64,000 nt of DNA from Candidatus Saccharimonadota bacterium (GCA_052034955.1 JBPOHZ010000002.1:10790-74789); one strand, 5' to 3'; positions 46,987 to 57,282 are shown, counted from the first letter of the stretch. Translations and numbers: made by a program. The notes: generated from the letters alone by a model not told the origin.

Positions 46987-47466
46987 TTAAAAACGATATA
47001 TAAACCAGCTCTTGCTATGATAATCTGGTTTTTTACCTGGAATCTCAAAAATATAGCTAACTAATCGGCTACCTCTTTTCATTTGGCTCTGAGCCATTAG
47101 TCCAAGCTTGGGCATTGTCCTTGGCACCAAAAAGACCATCACCACGTCGGCCGCTGAAAGGTCTACTCCCCATAAATCACCAAATCTTATCTTTGCATTT
47201 TTAGTACCCAGACATCTTAGCCAGCCGATAAGCCACAAAACCAGGTTAAGTTCGTAACCAATAGCCCGCGCTCCATTTTTTGCAGCCGCTTTGACCATCC
47301 GACCATCGCCACAACCAAGTTCTATAAACTTATCGCCACTCTTTAATTTACTGTCGGCGATTACTTGGTCTATATCAAATTTACGAATCGGCACCCAAGG
47401 CGCGCCAGATACAGCCGTTACAGCAAAGAATATTGCGACCATTAAGAATATTAATAAACCTATCAC
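46987..47466 (-). CDS. Class I SAM-dependent methyltransferase with an N-terminal TM anchor
   Basis: Motif I FIELGCGDGRM. Confidence 0.65.
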   Translation of the reverse strand: MIGLLIFLMVAIFFAVTAVSGAPWVPIRKFDIDQVIADSKLKSGDKFIELGCGDGRMVKAAAKNGARAIGYELNLVLWLIGWLRCLGTKNAKIRFGDLWGVDLSAADVVMVFLVPRTMPKLGLMAQSQMKRGSRLVSYIFEIPGKKPDYHSKSWFIYRF

Positions 47467-47509
47467 CGCTCCAGCTTACACTAATACTGGCAAATTTGTT
47501 GCTATACTA

Positions 47510-48826
47510 ATGCTAATGAAGCTACGTAAAAGAATAAACCAAAGCATAAACTCCATTCCGGTCATTGGGTCACTAAATATAAATGTTAATCCTTTATCTC
47601 TAGCCGATCTTTTATTCAAGCCCCGTCAGCGTACAAGAATCTTTATGGAAACAGAGCCAGAAAAAAGAATGGCTGTTCTTCAGTCGGTCACTACCGGTGT
47701 ACGTAAAGACATACTCCAAAGATTGGCAGTTGAAGATTTTGTTGCGCTTTTGCAGCCACTAAGTCCGGATGAGGCTACCGACCTGCTACAAATAGTTACC
47801 AAAAGTAAGCGTGACAAAGTTTTGGCTCTTCTAAGCCAAGAGTTAAAAGACTCACTTTCCAAACTACTAGCCTTTGATCCAGAAACCGCCGCTGGACTGA
47901 TGACCCTAGATTATATTCAAGTAGAGTCAAGAGATAACATCGAGACCGTAGCAAAGCGATTCGAAAATCACGAAAAACACACCGGACGTCCTCCCGTTAT
48001 TCTGGCCGTCGACGACGGCAGGTTAACTGGATTCTTGCCAGGGCACAGGCTTGGCCTGGCCGGTCGTAATGAACTTATCGGTAAATACACTCGAAAAATT
48101 CCGGCAATTTCCTATGCCGCCAAACATAAAGAAGTAATTAATCTATTCCGATCCCACCCCAGAAGCAAAGTTGCAGTATTAAACGACCGTGATGAGGTTG
48201 TCGGAATAATTTACTCCGACGACATGCTCAAGCATATTCAGGACGAGCAAGCTAGTAGCCTTTATAACTTTGCCGGTATCGTCAAAGAAGAAAGCGTTAC
48301 TGACTCTGCAAAAAGCAAAGTAAAAAACCGTTACCGATGGCTAATAATAAACCTAGCGACAGCATTCATGGCGGCCTTCACAGTAGGGATGTTCGAGAAA
48401 ACTCTAGATAAGTTTGTGCTCCTAGCAATTTACATGCCAATAGTAGCCGGTATGGGTGGAAATGCCGCCACTCAAACATTGGCCGTGCAGGTGAGGGGAA
48501 TATCACTGCGTCAAATTGAACTTAAAACTGCATGGGGCACACTTCGAAACGAGCTTGGTGCAGGCTTAGTAAACGGTATCATCAACGGAGTATTAGTAGC
48601 AGCGGTCGTAATGATTGTTAACCACGACGCCAAAGTAGCAATCGTACTTGCTATGGCTATGGTTATAAACCTACTAGTCGCTGCATTCTTTGGAACAATG
48701 GTACCTTTAGTCATGCAAAAACTGGGTAAAGATCCTGCGACATCAGCCACAATATTTATTACCACCGCAACTGACATATTAGGCTTTATGGCTTTCCTCG
48801 GCCTGGCTACTATTGTTCTAAACTAG
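47510..48826 (+). CDS. mgtE: Magnesium transporter MgtE
   Basis: An MgtE N-domain, a CBS pair, and a TM domain containing PIVAGMGGNAATQT. The start is moved to MLMKLRK, because the 47291 extension is antisense to the methyltransferase. Confidence 0.88.
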   Translation: MLMKLRKRINQSINSIPVIGSLNINVNPLSLADLLFKPRQRTRIFMETEPEKRMAVLQSVTTGVRKDILQRLAVEDFVALLQPLSPDEATDLLQIVTKSKRDKVLALLSQELKDSLSKLLAFDPETAAGLMTLDYIQVESRDNIETVAKRFENHEKHTGRPPVILAVDDGRLTGFLPGHRLGLAGRNELIGKYTRKIPAISYAAKHKEVINLFRSHPRSKVAVLNDRDEVVGIIYSDDMLKHIQDEQASSLYNFAGIVKEESVTDSAKSKVKNRYRWLIINLATAFMAAFTVGMFEKTLDKFVLLAIYMPIVAGMGGNAATQTLAVQVRGISLRQIELKTAWGTLRNELGAGLVNGIINGVLVAAVVMIVNHDAKVAIVLAMAMVINLLVAAFFGTMVPLVMQKLGKDPATSATIFITTATDILGFMAFLGLATIVLN

Positions 48827-50055
48827 GTAGAGACTCGTAGTGATTCAATCGGGTCTTTGCGAGCCGCCTTTACGGCCGGGACGGTTCCAAAGATTATACC
48901 AACAGCCAAAGCAACGCCGGTAGCGGCAACCACAACCGGCCATGTTATAGCAGGGTGCAAGTTAGTCGTGACTCTAATAACAAAGCTCACCAGATAAGAA
49001 AGTATAACGCCCAACACGCCGCCCACTAGACTAAGTACAACTGCTTCGGCCATAAACTGATTCCGTATCTGACGATTAGTTGCACCAATTGCTTTTCGAA
49101 TTCCGATCTCATGAGTTCTTTCGCTTACCGAAACCAACATTATATTCATTATTCCAATACCACCAACCAAGAGAGAGACCACTGCCATACTAGCCACAAG
49201 CTTTGATAGAAGGTCCATCATACCGCTTGCAACCGCCAAGCTCTCGTCCTGACGAATGACAGTTATATCTTCGTTGCCACCATGTAGCTCTGTTAACCCT
49301 GTAGTTATTTCTTTTACGGCAGAAGCCTGGGAACCTGGCTTTGTCTTGGTAACTATTTGAACCAGGGTAGTAGAATCGCCGGAAACATTTTTTAACTTTG
49401 TTCGTGGCACAAAAACAGCTTTATTCAAATCTATACCTTGGCCTAAGGTAGTACTATTGAACTCGTCGAAGACTCCCCGAACTACAAATTCTTCACCCCG
49501 AATTAAGAGGTTCTGACCAACTGGCGCATTCTCCTTAAATAGCTGTTCAGCAACACGTTTACCAATTACAGCCGTTGAACTTTCTTGCTCGCCATCAATA
49601 AAATAACTTCCAAACTCTACTTTCTGTTTTAGTAACTGTGGGAGGTTGGGCTCGGAGCCCAGGACAAAACCTTGTGCAAAGGTACTATCGGAAGTCTTCA
49701 GGCCACCTGTCAACAGATTGATTGGCGATACCTGTTCAACCGAACCGGACTTCTTAACAATATCGATATCTTGCTCACTGAGACTGCCACTGCCAAATCC
49801 ATAGGCAGCAGCTGTATCAACCGATTTAATCCGTCCTTCTTTATCTCGGGATACAAATTTACCCGGACGGACTGTAACTAGCTCCGAGCCAAGCTGACCA
49901 GATTGGCTAATTACCTGGCGCTTAACTCCTTCACCCAAAGAAACAGTTGTCACCACCGAAACGACGCCGACGATTATCCCAAACATAGTCAAGGTACTGG
50001 TCCACTTCGAAGCTCGCAATCGCTTCCAGGCTAATCGATAGTTTCCGCTCAACAT
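48823..50055 (-). CDS. ABC transporter permease, FtsX/MacB type
   Basis: An N-terminal TM segment, a large periplasmic domain, and a C-terminal FtsX domain (ERTHEIGIRKAIGA). Confidence 0.88.
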   Translation of the reverse strand: MLSGNYRLAWKRLRASKWTSTLTMFGIIVGVVSVVTTVSLGEGVKRQVISQSGQLGSELVTVRPGKFVSRDKEGRIKSVDTAAAYGFGSGSLSEQDIDIVKKSGSVEQVSPINLLTGGLKTSDSTFAQGFVLGSEPNLPQLLKQKVEFGSYFIDGEQESSTAVIGKRVAEQLFKENAPVGQNLLIRGEEFVVRGVFDEFNSTTLGQGIDLNKAVFVPRTKLKNVSGDSTTLVQIVTKTKPGSQASAVKEITTGLTELHGGNEDITVIRQDESLAVASGMMDLLSKLVASMAVVSLLVGGIGIMNIMLVSVSERTHEIGIRKAIGATNRQIRNQFMAEAVVLSLVGGVLGVILSYLVSFVIRVTTNLHPAITWPVVVAATGVALAVGIIFGTVPAVKAARKDPIESLRVST

Positions 50056-50921
50056 TACGACTTCTTCCTCTTAACCGACTTCTTACGTTTAGTGGCTTTC
50101 TTTGGAGTCTTGCTCGAGCGCTCCATGGTCTTATCGGGGAATATCTCCATTACAGCCGAGACACCGGCCAAGTCATCGTCTTCGGTTCGACGCGGATAGA
50201 CATACATCGCACGTTTAGCCATGCTGGCAACCTCTCCAAGTGGCGTACGTTGATCATGAACAATACTTCCGTCGTGCATATAAACCACTCGATCGGCATA
50301 TCGAGTGAGCTCTGGGTTATGTGTCACCATTAAAATAGTGTTTCCAGTCCGGTGGAGCTCGCTTAGTAGTTCCATGACTACCAAGCTCGAGGAACTGTCC
50401 AAATTACCGGTTGGTTCGTCGGCAATTATTATCTGCGGATCATTAACAAGTGCCCGAGCAATAGCCGCACGTTGGATTTGGCCACCGCTTAATGCTCGGG
50501 GCATAAAATACTGCCTGTCGCTTAGCCCTACGCGCTCCAGAACGGCAGCCGCTCGCTTGAGACGCTTTACTGGACTAACACCCTTATAGGCCAAGGGAAG
50601 GGCAACGTTATCAATAACATTTAGTTTTGGGAGCAGATTAAATGACTGAAACACAAATCCTATTTTGTCTCGCCGAGCCTTGGCTCGTTGGTTGGCCCGA
50701 AGCTTCGCGACTGACCGTTTGCTAAGCATGTAATCGCCGTGTGTTGGTCGGTCCAATAATCCGATTAAGTTCATTAGGGTCGATTTGCCTGATCCGCTGG
50801 GCCCCATGATGGCCACAAATTCTCCAGCGTCAACTTCTAAACTAACTTCGTCGAGCGCTATGGTGGTAGCATCGCCGAAGCCGTACAGCTTACTAACATC
50901 TTTGAGTGAGATGAGTGACAT
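50055..50921 (-). CDS. ABC transporter ATP-binding protein (MacB/LolD-like) with a Lys-rich C-terminal tail
   Basis: GPSGSGKST, LSGGQIQRAAIARAL and IIIADEPTGNLD. The tail is KTPKKATKRKKSVKRKKS. Confidence 0.92.
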   Translation of the reverse strand: MSLISLKDVSKLYGFGDATTIALDEVSLEVDAGEFVAIMGPSGSGKSTLMNLIGLLDRPTHGDYMLSKRSVAKLRANQRAKARRDKIGFVFQSFNLLPKLNVIDNVALPLAYKGVSPVKRLKRAAAVLERVGLSDRQYFMPRALSGGQIQRAAIARALVNDPQIIIADEPTGNLDSSSSLVVMELLSELHRTGNTILMVTHNPELTRYADRVVYMHDGSIVHDQRTPLGEVASMAKRAMYVYPRRTEDDDLAGVSAVMEIFPDKTMERSSKTPKKATKRKKSVKRKKS

Positions 50922-51067
50922 TATAGTGTGAGGCCTAACTTTTTATTGGATTTCTCAACTAATATTACTCTGTTATTTGCACTTCCGGCAAGCATGTAAT
51001 GTAGTAATTTAGTCTCAATGTTATTTTTTTCGTATAATACAAAGGCTTTACTAGAATAAGCAGCTGC

Positions 51068-51157
51068 GGAGGGGTCGCATAGTGGCCTAGTGCGCCATCT
51101 TGGAAAGGTGGTAAGGGGGCAACTCCTTCGAGGGTTCAAATCCCTCTCCCTCCGCCA
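51068..51157 (+). tRNA. tRNA-Ser (GGA), class II, CCA encoded
   Basis: Acceptor GGAGGGG/TCCCTCC, anticodon loop TTGGAAA, a long variable arm, and T arm GAGGG-TTCAAAT-CCCTC. Confidence 0.9.
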
Positions 51158-51168
51158 GAATTAAACTG

Positions 51169-51190
51169 CCACCCGTAAGGGTGGTGTTTT
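51169..51190 (+). terminator. Terminator after tRNA-Ser
   Basis: CCACCC-gtaa-GGGTGG followed by TGTTTT. Confidence 0.65.
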
Positions 51191-51345
51191 AATTATGCTG
51201 TGAGAAAGCATTTGAACCCGATAGGGTGAGGGTTGCCTGGGGCAAGCCGCAAGGCAATCTTCTGGATGCAACTGGTTGCATGCCACGAAGTTGCGGGGTC
51301 GCCAGAGGCGACCAAATCCCTTATTACCAGTGTTATACTAAGTTT

Positions 51346-51636
51346 ATGATTGAGCAAGAACCAAAGCCCGGGATGTCAAGAACCATTAAGGTTAGACCGA
51401 ACCCTCCCATTATTCCTCCACCAAAGCCAAAATCCGAAAATGCAGATGATCGTCCAGATTGGTTACCTCAAGGCGCGACACTCGTTAAAGCTGCTGGCGA
51501 ACCATGTGATATATCACTGTCTAGTGAATATGCAGACGCACCCGCCGAAAGACAAACAGCGTTTGCTGACGCATTAAGAGATTTAAGAGATAGGGAAGCT
51601 AGAACCATGGGAGAAGATTCGAGTATTAGGTTATGA
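51346..51636 (+). CDS. Hypothetical Pro-rich small protein coupled to xth
   Basis: The MIEQEPKPG start is preferred. Its stop overlaps the xth ATG (ATGA). Confidence 0.45.
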   Translation: MIEQEPKPGMSRTIKVRPNPPIIPPPKPKSENADDRPDWLPQGATLVKAAGEPCDISLSSEYADAPAERQTAFADALRDLRDREARTMGEDSSIRL

Positions 51637-52433
51637 AACTATATTCCTGGAACGTCAATGGAATCCGAGCAGTTCTAAATAAGGGTGCTTTTCAAAAGTT
51701 CTTAGAAGAACACGACCCTGACATTATTTGTTTGCAAGAGACCAAAGCCAGTCGTGACCAGTTCGAAATTGACTTACCAAATTATGAAGAGTACTGGTAT
51801 TCCGCAAAGAAGAAGGGCTACTCTAGTACTGCAATTTTTAGCAAGATCAAACCGGTGCAGGTTGTAAATGGATTTCCAGAAGATTTAGTAAAGCAATACA
51901 ATTTAACTAGCGACAAATACGGTGATCCAAATGACGAGGGTAGAGTGATGGCTGCAGAGTTTGAAAAATTCTGGGTGCTCACAAGCTACACTCCAAACAG
52001 CAAGGGCGACTTATCCCGCCTCGAGCTAAGACATAAGTTCTGGGACCCAGCCTTCTTGGCATATGCTAAAAGACTTGAAGAATCAAAACCGGTAGTCTTT
52101 AGTGGTGACCTCAATGTCGCTGCCGAGGAAATTGACCTAGCAAATCCAAAACCAAACATTGGTAAGCATGGCTTTACCGACGAAGAACGTGAAGGCTTTC
52201 GAAATTTCTTGAACGCTGGATTTGTCGATACATTCCGAATTCATCATCCCAAAGAAGAAGGAGCTTATACTTGGTGGACCCATTGGGCTAATGCCCGAGC
52301 CCGAAACGTAGGCTGGCGTATAGACTATTGGCTAGCTTCCAAAAGCCTAAAAGGCTCTGTCAAAGATGCCACCATACACCCCGATGTTATGGGCTCAGAC
52401 CATTGCCCGGTAAGTATCGAGTTGGAAATCTAG
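51633..52433 (+). CDS. xth: Exodeoxyribonuclease III
   Basis: SWNVNGIRA, CLQETK, the region around FSGDLNVA, and a C-terminal SDHCPV. Confidence 0.93.
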   Translation: MKLYSWNVNGIRAVLNKGAFQKFLEEHDPDIICLQETKASRDQFEIDLPNYEEYWYSAKKKGYSSTAIFSKIKPVQVVNGFPEDLVKQYNLTSDKYGDPNDEGRVMAAEFEKFWVLTSYTPNSKGDLSRLELRHKFWDPAFLAYAKRLEESKPVVFSGDLNVAAEEIDLANPKPNIGKHGFTDEEREGFRNFLNAGFVDTFRIHHPKEEGAYTWWTHWANARARNVGWRIDYWLASKSLKGSVKDATIHPDVMGSDHCPVSIELEI

Positions 52434-53024
52434 ATGACTAAATACTTCTTACAATCCGGTGGCGTAATGAAACACCCAGATAAAAGAATCAAATTTCACA
52501 GAGCGTTGGTTGGTGACTTAAAAAATCCAAAAATATTGGTTTGTATGTTTGGGCAACTACGTGAGAACTGGGAAGAAAGATATGATCTTTTCTGCAAAAC
52601 AATTACGGAAGACCTGCCGGGAGTTGAACCAATTTTCAAAATGGCTATGCCAAAAACTTTTGAAGAAGACTGTAAGAGCAATGACATCATTTATATGCAA
52701 GGTGGGGATTGTGATTTATCTAAATATTGGCTTAGACAATTTGACCTAGAAAAAATATGGAAAGATAAAATTGTTTCAGGCAACTCAGGTACCAGCTATA
52801 TTTTAGCCAAACATTATTGGACTAGTGATTGGAGAGAATGCCAAGATGGATTTGGAATAGTTCCAATTAAATTTACCGGTCATTTCAAATCAGACTTAGG
52901 CCTAGACGATCCAAGAGGATCAATTGATTGGGACGCTATTTATAAAGAACTGGGTGCATACGGAGATACATCACTCCCAGTCCACGCCCTAGAAGAAGGC
53001 GATTACATCGTAATCGAACAGTAA
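52434..53024 (+). CDS. Type-1 glutamine-amidotransferase-like / peptidase S51-like protein
   Basis: IIYMQGGD and GNSGTSYIL resemble the S51 turn and nucleophile motifs, but the match is weak. Confidence 0.4.
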   Translation: MTKYFLQSGGVMKHPDKRIKFHRALVGDLKNPKILVCMFGQLRENWEERYDLFCKTITEDLPGVEPIFKMAMPKTFEEDCKSNDIIYMQGGDCDLSKYWLRQFDLEKIWKDKIVSGNSGTSYILAKHYWTSDWRECQDGFGIVPIKFTGHFKSDLGLDDPRGSIDWDAIYKELGAYGDTSLPVHALEEGDYIVIEQ

Positions 53025-53504
53025 ATGAAGACTTTAGAACTTACACTTTTGTACCTAACCAGAAACGACGAAGTTCTGTTGGCCATGAAAAAACGAGGAT
53101 TCGGGATGGGCAAATGGAACGGTGTTGGCGGAAAAATAGATACCGGCGAAACTATTGAAGAAGCGATGATTCGTGAATGTTTCGAAGAAATTGGTGTCAG
53201 AGTAACAAAATTCCAAAAAGTTGGCTTTATGGTCTATGACGAGATTCATTTAGATGAGCGCAAAAAAATGAATATTCACGTTTTTACTTCAACTGAGTGG
53301 GAGGGTGAAATTACAGAGAGTGAAGAGATGATGCCACAGTGGTTTAGAAAAGATGAAATTCCTTTTATATCTATGTGGGAAGCGGATAAAGATTGGCTAC
53401 CAGTAATACTGGATGGAAATTTACTTGAGAGCGAATTTACCCTGGATGATAAAGACAGGGTGTTGGAAAAGAAAATCAAAATCGTAGAAAGCCTGAGCCG
53501 CTAA
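53025..53504 (+). CDS. Nudix hydrolase (MutT-like)
   Basis: Nudix box GGKIDTGETIEEAMIRECFEEIGV. Confidence 0.8.
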   Translation: MKTLELTLLYLTRNDEVLLAMKKRGFGMGKWNGVGGKIDTGETIEEAMIRECFEEIGVRVTKFQKVGFMVYDEIHLDERKKMNIHVFTSTEWEGEITESEEMMPQWFRKDEIPFISMWEADKDWLPVILDGNLLESEFTLDDKDRVLEKKIKIVESLSR

Positions 53505-54296
53505 ATGAATGATTACTGGGTAAAGCAGGGGACCGAACCACTATTTCCAGACTTGTTGTGGAGTAGGCCAGAGAATCGTCAACACGCTGGCAAGCTATTA
53601 GTTATCGGGGGCAATGCTCACGGTTTTGCAGCTCCTGCCGAAGCTTTTGCGGTGGCTCAGGAAGCCGGGGCGGGGACCGTTAGGGTGATGTTGCCAGATC
53701 ATATTCGACCTCAGCTAATGAAGTTTCAAAAACCAGGATTGGAACTTGAATTTGCTCCAAGTACCCCAAGCGGCAGCTTTGCCTCTAAGTCATTAGCCGA
53801 ACTACTTGCTACCGCCAACTGGGCTGATGCCGTTCTACTTGCCGGCGACTTAGGTCGCAATAGCGAAACAGCAATCGTGTTAGAAAAATTTATAGAAAAA
53901 ACCTCAATGCCAATTGTACTAACCAAAGATGCGGTTGATTACTTTACTGACAACCCAATGACCTTGCTTAGAAGAGAGAATGTCTGTCTGGTCCTAACCA
54001 TGGCCCAACTACAAAAACTAGCTACTAAAGCTAAATTTCCAACTGCCATTACCTTTAGTATGAACTTAATGCCTTTTGTAGAAGCCATGCATGACTTCAC
54101 ATTCCAATATCCAGTGAACATCATCGTAAAAAACATCGATACAATTCTAATTGCCTGCAAGGGCAATATAAGTACTACACACTCTGATCAGGATTTAGAA
54201 GATAGTTGGAGAGTATCAACAGCGTCAAAAGCAACAGTTTGGTGGGTGCAGAACCCATCCAAACCATTCGAAGCTTTAACATCATCGCTTATCTAG
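53505..54296 (+). CDS. YjeF C-terminal-like carbohydrate kinase fold (NAD(P)HX dehydratase-like)
   Basis: LLVIGGNAHGFAAPAEAFAVAQEAGAGTVRVMLP and AVLLAGDLGRNSET. Confidence 0.5.
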   Translation: MNDYWVKQGTEPLFPDLLWSRPENRQHAGKLLVIGGNAHGFAAPAEAFAVAQEAGAGTVRVMLPDHIRPQLMKFQKPGLELEFAPSTPSGSFASKSLAELLATANWADAVLLAGDLGRNSETAIVLEKFIEKTSMPIVLTKDAVDYFTDNPMTLLRRENVCLVLTMAQLQKLATKAKFPTAITFSMNLMPFVEAMHDFTFQYPVNIIVKNIDTILIACKGNISTTHSDQDLEDSWRVSTASKATVWWVQNPSKPFEALTSSLI

Positions 54297-54308
54297 TTTT
54301 TTTAGCAT

Positions 54309-54395
54309 TTGGTGCCGCGGGACGGACTTGAACCGTCACGAGGTTGCCCTCACAGGATTTTGAGTCCGGCGTGTCTACCAATTCCACCACCGCGG
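54309..54395 (-). tRNA. tRNA-Leu (CAA), class II, CCA encoded
   Basis: On the minus strand: acceptor GCCGCGG/CCGCGGC, anticodon loop CTCAAAA, a long variable arm, and T arm with GGTTCAAGTCC. There is one C-T mismatch in the anticodon stem. Confidence 0.88.
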
Positions 54396-54487
54396 CTCCA
54401 AATACCAAAAATAAATTCGACAGGGGTAATTATATCATAGTGGCATCCGTATTTACCCTCAATTACTGTATACTTATATAATTAACC

Positions 54488-55672
54488 ATGACCGATTCTA
54501 ACTCGAGCCCCAAAAGCAGCAAACCGGAAAGCAACGATAATCCAGCAGTTAGTTTAGTGCGAGAAAAATTAGGTGACATCTACGGACAGGAACCAAGTGC
54601 CAAAGAAGAAGTAAAAGAAATATCTTCCATGGAACGTCCTCTTAGCAAGCATCAGGCCTATATGCAAAAGATCAGTCAGTCGGGTATGTCATTGGCCGAT
54701 ATTCAAACAGCTTGGCACAAATACTATGTTAGCCTGCCGGACAACGAAAAACACGAAGTCTGGAAAGAATTCTACGCCGAGCATGATCGTAAAAGACAAA
54801 GTCCGGCAACAAAACCGGCCGTTCTGGCTCAGGAGATTAGACAAAACGGCGAAAAACCGACTGTTCACTCTATGCCGAAGTCAGAAAGTCATAGACCACG
54901 TTCAGCAAGCGAAGTTAAAAGGCAGCTGGTTGGAAAGGCTAACCTTAGCGCGAGCAACCGGACACGCGCCAAACAACATTTTCAGTCACTGTTGTTTGGG
55001 GTAGGCATGGGTCTAATCGCTGTAATTATCCTACTTTTCGGATTCTTCAATGATCGATTTATAGCGCCATTTATAACCCCTAGCAGGAACGTCAGCAGTA
55101 CACCAATTATTCTAGACGCCTCAGCCGATGTAAGTTCTGAGCCTAAGATCATCATTCCAAAAATTAATGTCGAGATACCAGTTGTTTACGATGAACCGTC
55201 CATTCAAGAAGCTGCCGTTCAAAAAGCCCTAGAACGCGGTGTAGTCCACTATGCCACCACTCCGAGTCCTGGCGAAAAAGGCAATGCCGTCATCTTTGGA
55301 CACTCTAGCAACAACATCCTTAATAAGGGCAAGTACAAGTTTGCCTTCGTACTGCTTAGTCGTCTGGAAGAGGGCGACACATTCTATCTAAACAAAGATG
55401 GCATCCGATATGCCTACAAAATATATAGTAAACAAATCGTTAAGCCTACAGAAGTTGATGTACTTAATTCCAACGATAAAGCCGCAACCGTTACCCTTAT
55501 AACCTGTGACCCTCCTGGGACGACCAGGAATCGATTAGTAGTCGTCGGCGAACAGATTAGCCCAAAGCCCTCCAAGAATGTGGCCAGCACCGCCAAGCCA
55601 GTTGACGCAGAGACAACTGTCCTAGCCGGAAATGCGCCCAGCCTATGGCAAAGAATTAAAGACTGGTTCTAG
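54488..55672 (+). CDS. Sortase with a long N-terminal cytoplasmic extension and a TM anchor
   Basis: The IFGHSS region (His) and TLITCDPPGTTRNRLVV (the TLxTC catalytic Cys motif). Confidence 0.88.
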   Translation: MTDSNSSPKSSKPESNDNPAVSLVREKLGDIYGQEPSAKEEVKEISSMERPLSKHQAYMQKISQSGMSLADIQTAWHKYYVSLPDNEKHEVWKEFYAEHDRKRQSPATKPAVLAQEIRQNGEKPTVHSMPKSESHRPRSASEVKRQLVGKANLSASNRTRAKQHFQSLLFGVGMGLIAVIILLFGFFNDRFIAPFITPSRNVSSTPIILDASADVSSEPKIIIPKINVEIPVVYDEPSIQEAAVQKALERGVVHYATTPSPGEKGNAVIFGHSSNNILNKGKYKFAFVLLSRLEEGDTFYLNKDGIRYAYKIYSKQIVKPTEVDVLNSNDKAATVTLITCDPPGTTRNRLVVVGEQISPKPSKNVASTAKPVDAETTVLAGNAPSLWQRIKDWF

Positions 55673-57144
55673 GGTTTTAGGTTTAACTTAAGACTAGTGC
55701 GAACCAGATATACACCCTTACTGTCTTTAATTGGTGCAAAGCTAAATAATCTTTCGTAGTCTCTATCGAACGCAGGGATCGTCCCGGATACTACAGATCC
55801 TAAGTCCCGGTAGTTAGCACCGTCAAACTCAAATACCAATATTTTGGAATCCTGATTGAGCAGCAGCCGATGTCCGTCCATCCAGGTCGCTAGCTGGCCC
55901 GACTCGTCTATTTTCCCAGGCACCTCAAAGTTAAAGCGTCGACTATCTTCGAAGTCATAAACCGCAAAAGTGGTACCACTTTCAGCCGCAAGAAATCGAG
56001 TGTTATTAGAGAACGATATCTTTTCCGGTTTGTTTATTTTCATCAGCGTTAGCGGCGCAAGCTCTTCGGAACTCTTGCCCAGTTTTCCAATTGGATCCTT
56101 AAATATCAACATCCTATTCTCTTTAACAGGTGCTATTGCAATATAGGTAGCAGTGTCGAATTTCGCCATGTCAATTAAAACAGGACTGGACTTTATAGTT
56201 CTAAGTAAATAATTCTTGTTGTCCTTCCATACTCGAACCTGTGTTGTCTCGGGGCTCTTAGGGTCGTTTACGGTATATATCACAGTGTCATCTTGATAAG
56301 ATTTGTATTCCGAGACAGATTTAATTATGTCTGTAATCTTCTTAGATTTGGTATCTGCTGTTTGCAGTAATTTGGTTTTTTCATCATACAGATACAATTT
56401 ATCGAACTTCTTATCCCTGAGAGTAACTAATGTTGGATCAACCTTTAATGTTTTGTTAACATTTATCGACTCTTCTGGCTTGGCCCTATCGATAACAATA
56501 TATTCAAATTTATCGTCAAATGAATGCCTAATTAACAAGTGTCGATTATCAGTAGACCACTCAACCAATTTAAGTTTGTGCTTACCAGTATCTGCATTTG
56601 TCAGTAGGCTAGCCTCAAGTGCAATGGCTTTCGGAGCATCTTGAGTATTCTCGGTATCGTAAACCTCAAAATCAGCTAGTGATCCTGGAACAGAAACCAT
56701 AATCCACCGCCTGTCTGGACTTTGGCTGGAGAATATTGGTCGAGAGTCATATTTTTTAGTTTCCGCAACAACAAGCTTAGTAGGGAAGAGTCTTGGATAA
56801 ATGAAACGCTCAATACTTCCGCCGTCTAACTGAAAGGATTTCTTCCAGGTATCGTATCCGGTTCGCCTTAACTCAAGGTCGTATTTTCCAGCCGGAACAG
56901 TTAATCGCTTATCTGTCTGTCCATTCTCTTTACCGTTCAGAAATATAGTGCTTGATTCGGGGGCCGAATCTGTAAATATCAAGCCGTTCTGAATCACTTT
57001 GCCGGTTTTACGATCAACATCATAGCCGTTAGATAAAATTACTATTATGGTTGAGGCCAGGGCAATGGCTATGCCTACCAGGAAATATCCCAAGAACAGT
57101 CGTCGGATGTGGGCTTGTCGTTTTGCGGGGTCTAAGAAATCCAT
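55669..57144 (-). CDS. PEGA-domain membrane-anchored protein with a beta-propeller-like C-terminal region
   Basis: A TM anchor and a PEGA-like block (IFLNGKENGQTDKRLTVPAGKYDLELRRTGYDTW). The start is taken at MDFLDPAKR. Confidence 0.65.
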   Translation of the reverse strand: MDFLDPAKRQAHIRRLFLGYFLVGIAIALASTIIVILSNGYDVDRKTGKVIQNGLIFTDSAPESSTIFLNGKENGQTDKRLTVPAGKYDLELRRTGYDTWKKSFQLDGGSIERFIYPRLFPTKLVVAETKKYDSRPIFSSQSPDRRWIMVSVPGSLADFEVYDTENTQDAPKAIALEASLLTNADTGKHKLKLVEWSTDNRHLLIRHSFDDKFEYIVIDRAKPEESINVNKTLKVDPTLVTLRDKKFDKLYLYDEKTKLLQTADTKSKKITDIIKSVSEYKSYQDDTVIYTVNDPKSPETTQVRVWKDNKNYLLRTIKSSPVLIDMAKFDTATYIAIAPVKENRMLIFKDPIGKLGKSSEELAPLTLMKINKPEKISFSNNTRFLAAESGTTFAVYDFEDSRRFNFEVPGKIDESGQLATWMDGHRLLLNQDSKILVFEFDGANYRDLGSVVSGTIPAFDRDYERLFSFAPIKDSKGVYLVRTSLKLNLKP

Positions 57145-57282
57145 ATTTTTTTGTTTTGTGGCGATTACAAACCAATTATACAACTTCTGATCATAAATGA
57201 AACCTCGGTTGTTAAATACTTGTAACTGTTCATGCTTACCGGTAGTATTGATACATAAGCATTTATTTGCAAAAGCAGACAT

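Noticed and set aside
47291-47509. The upstream extension of the MgtE ORF
   Set aside because: It is antisense to the methyltransferase gene (46987-47466) and has no MgtE-like sequence. The start was moved to 47510.
51196-51345. A TPP riboswitch (CTGTGAGA...TTTGAACCCGATAGGG resembles CTGAGA...GAACCTGAT)
   Set aside because: The second half of the TPP aptamer (GG.TAATGCC.GCG.AGGGA) is absent, and the downstream genes are unrelated to thiamine.
54309-54395. A C-T mismatch in the anticodon stem of tRNA-Leu(CAA), as a sign of a pseudogene
   Set aside because: The acceptor, D and T arms and the long variable arm pair normally, and CCA is encoded. A single stem mismatch is tolerated in functional tRNAs.
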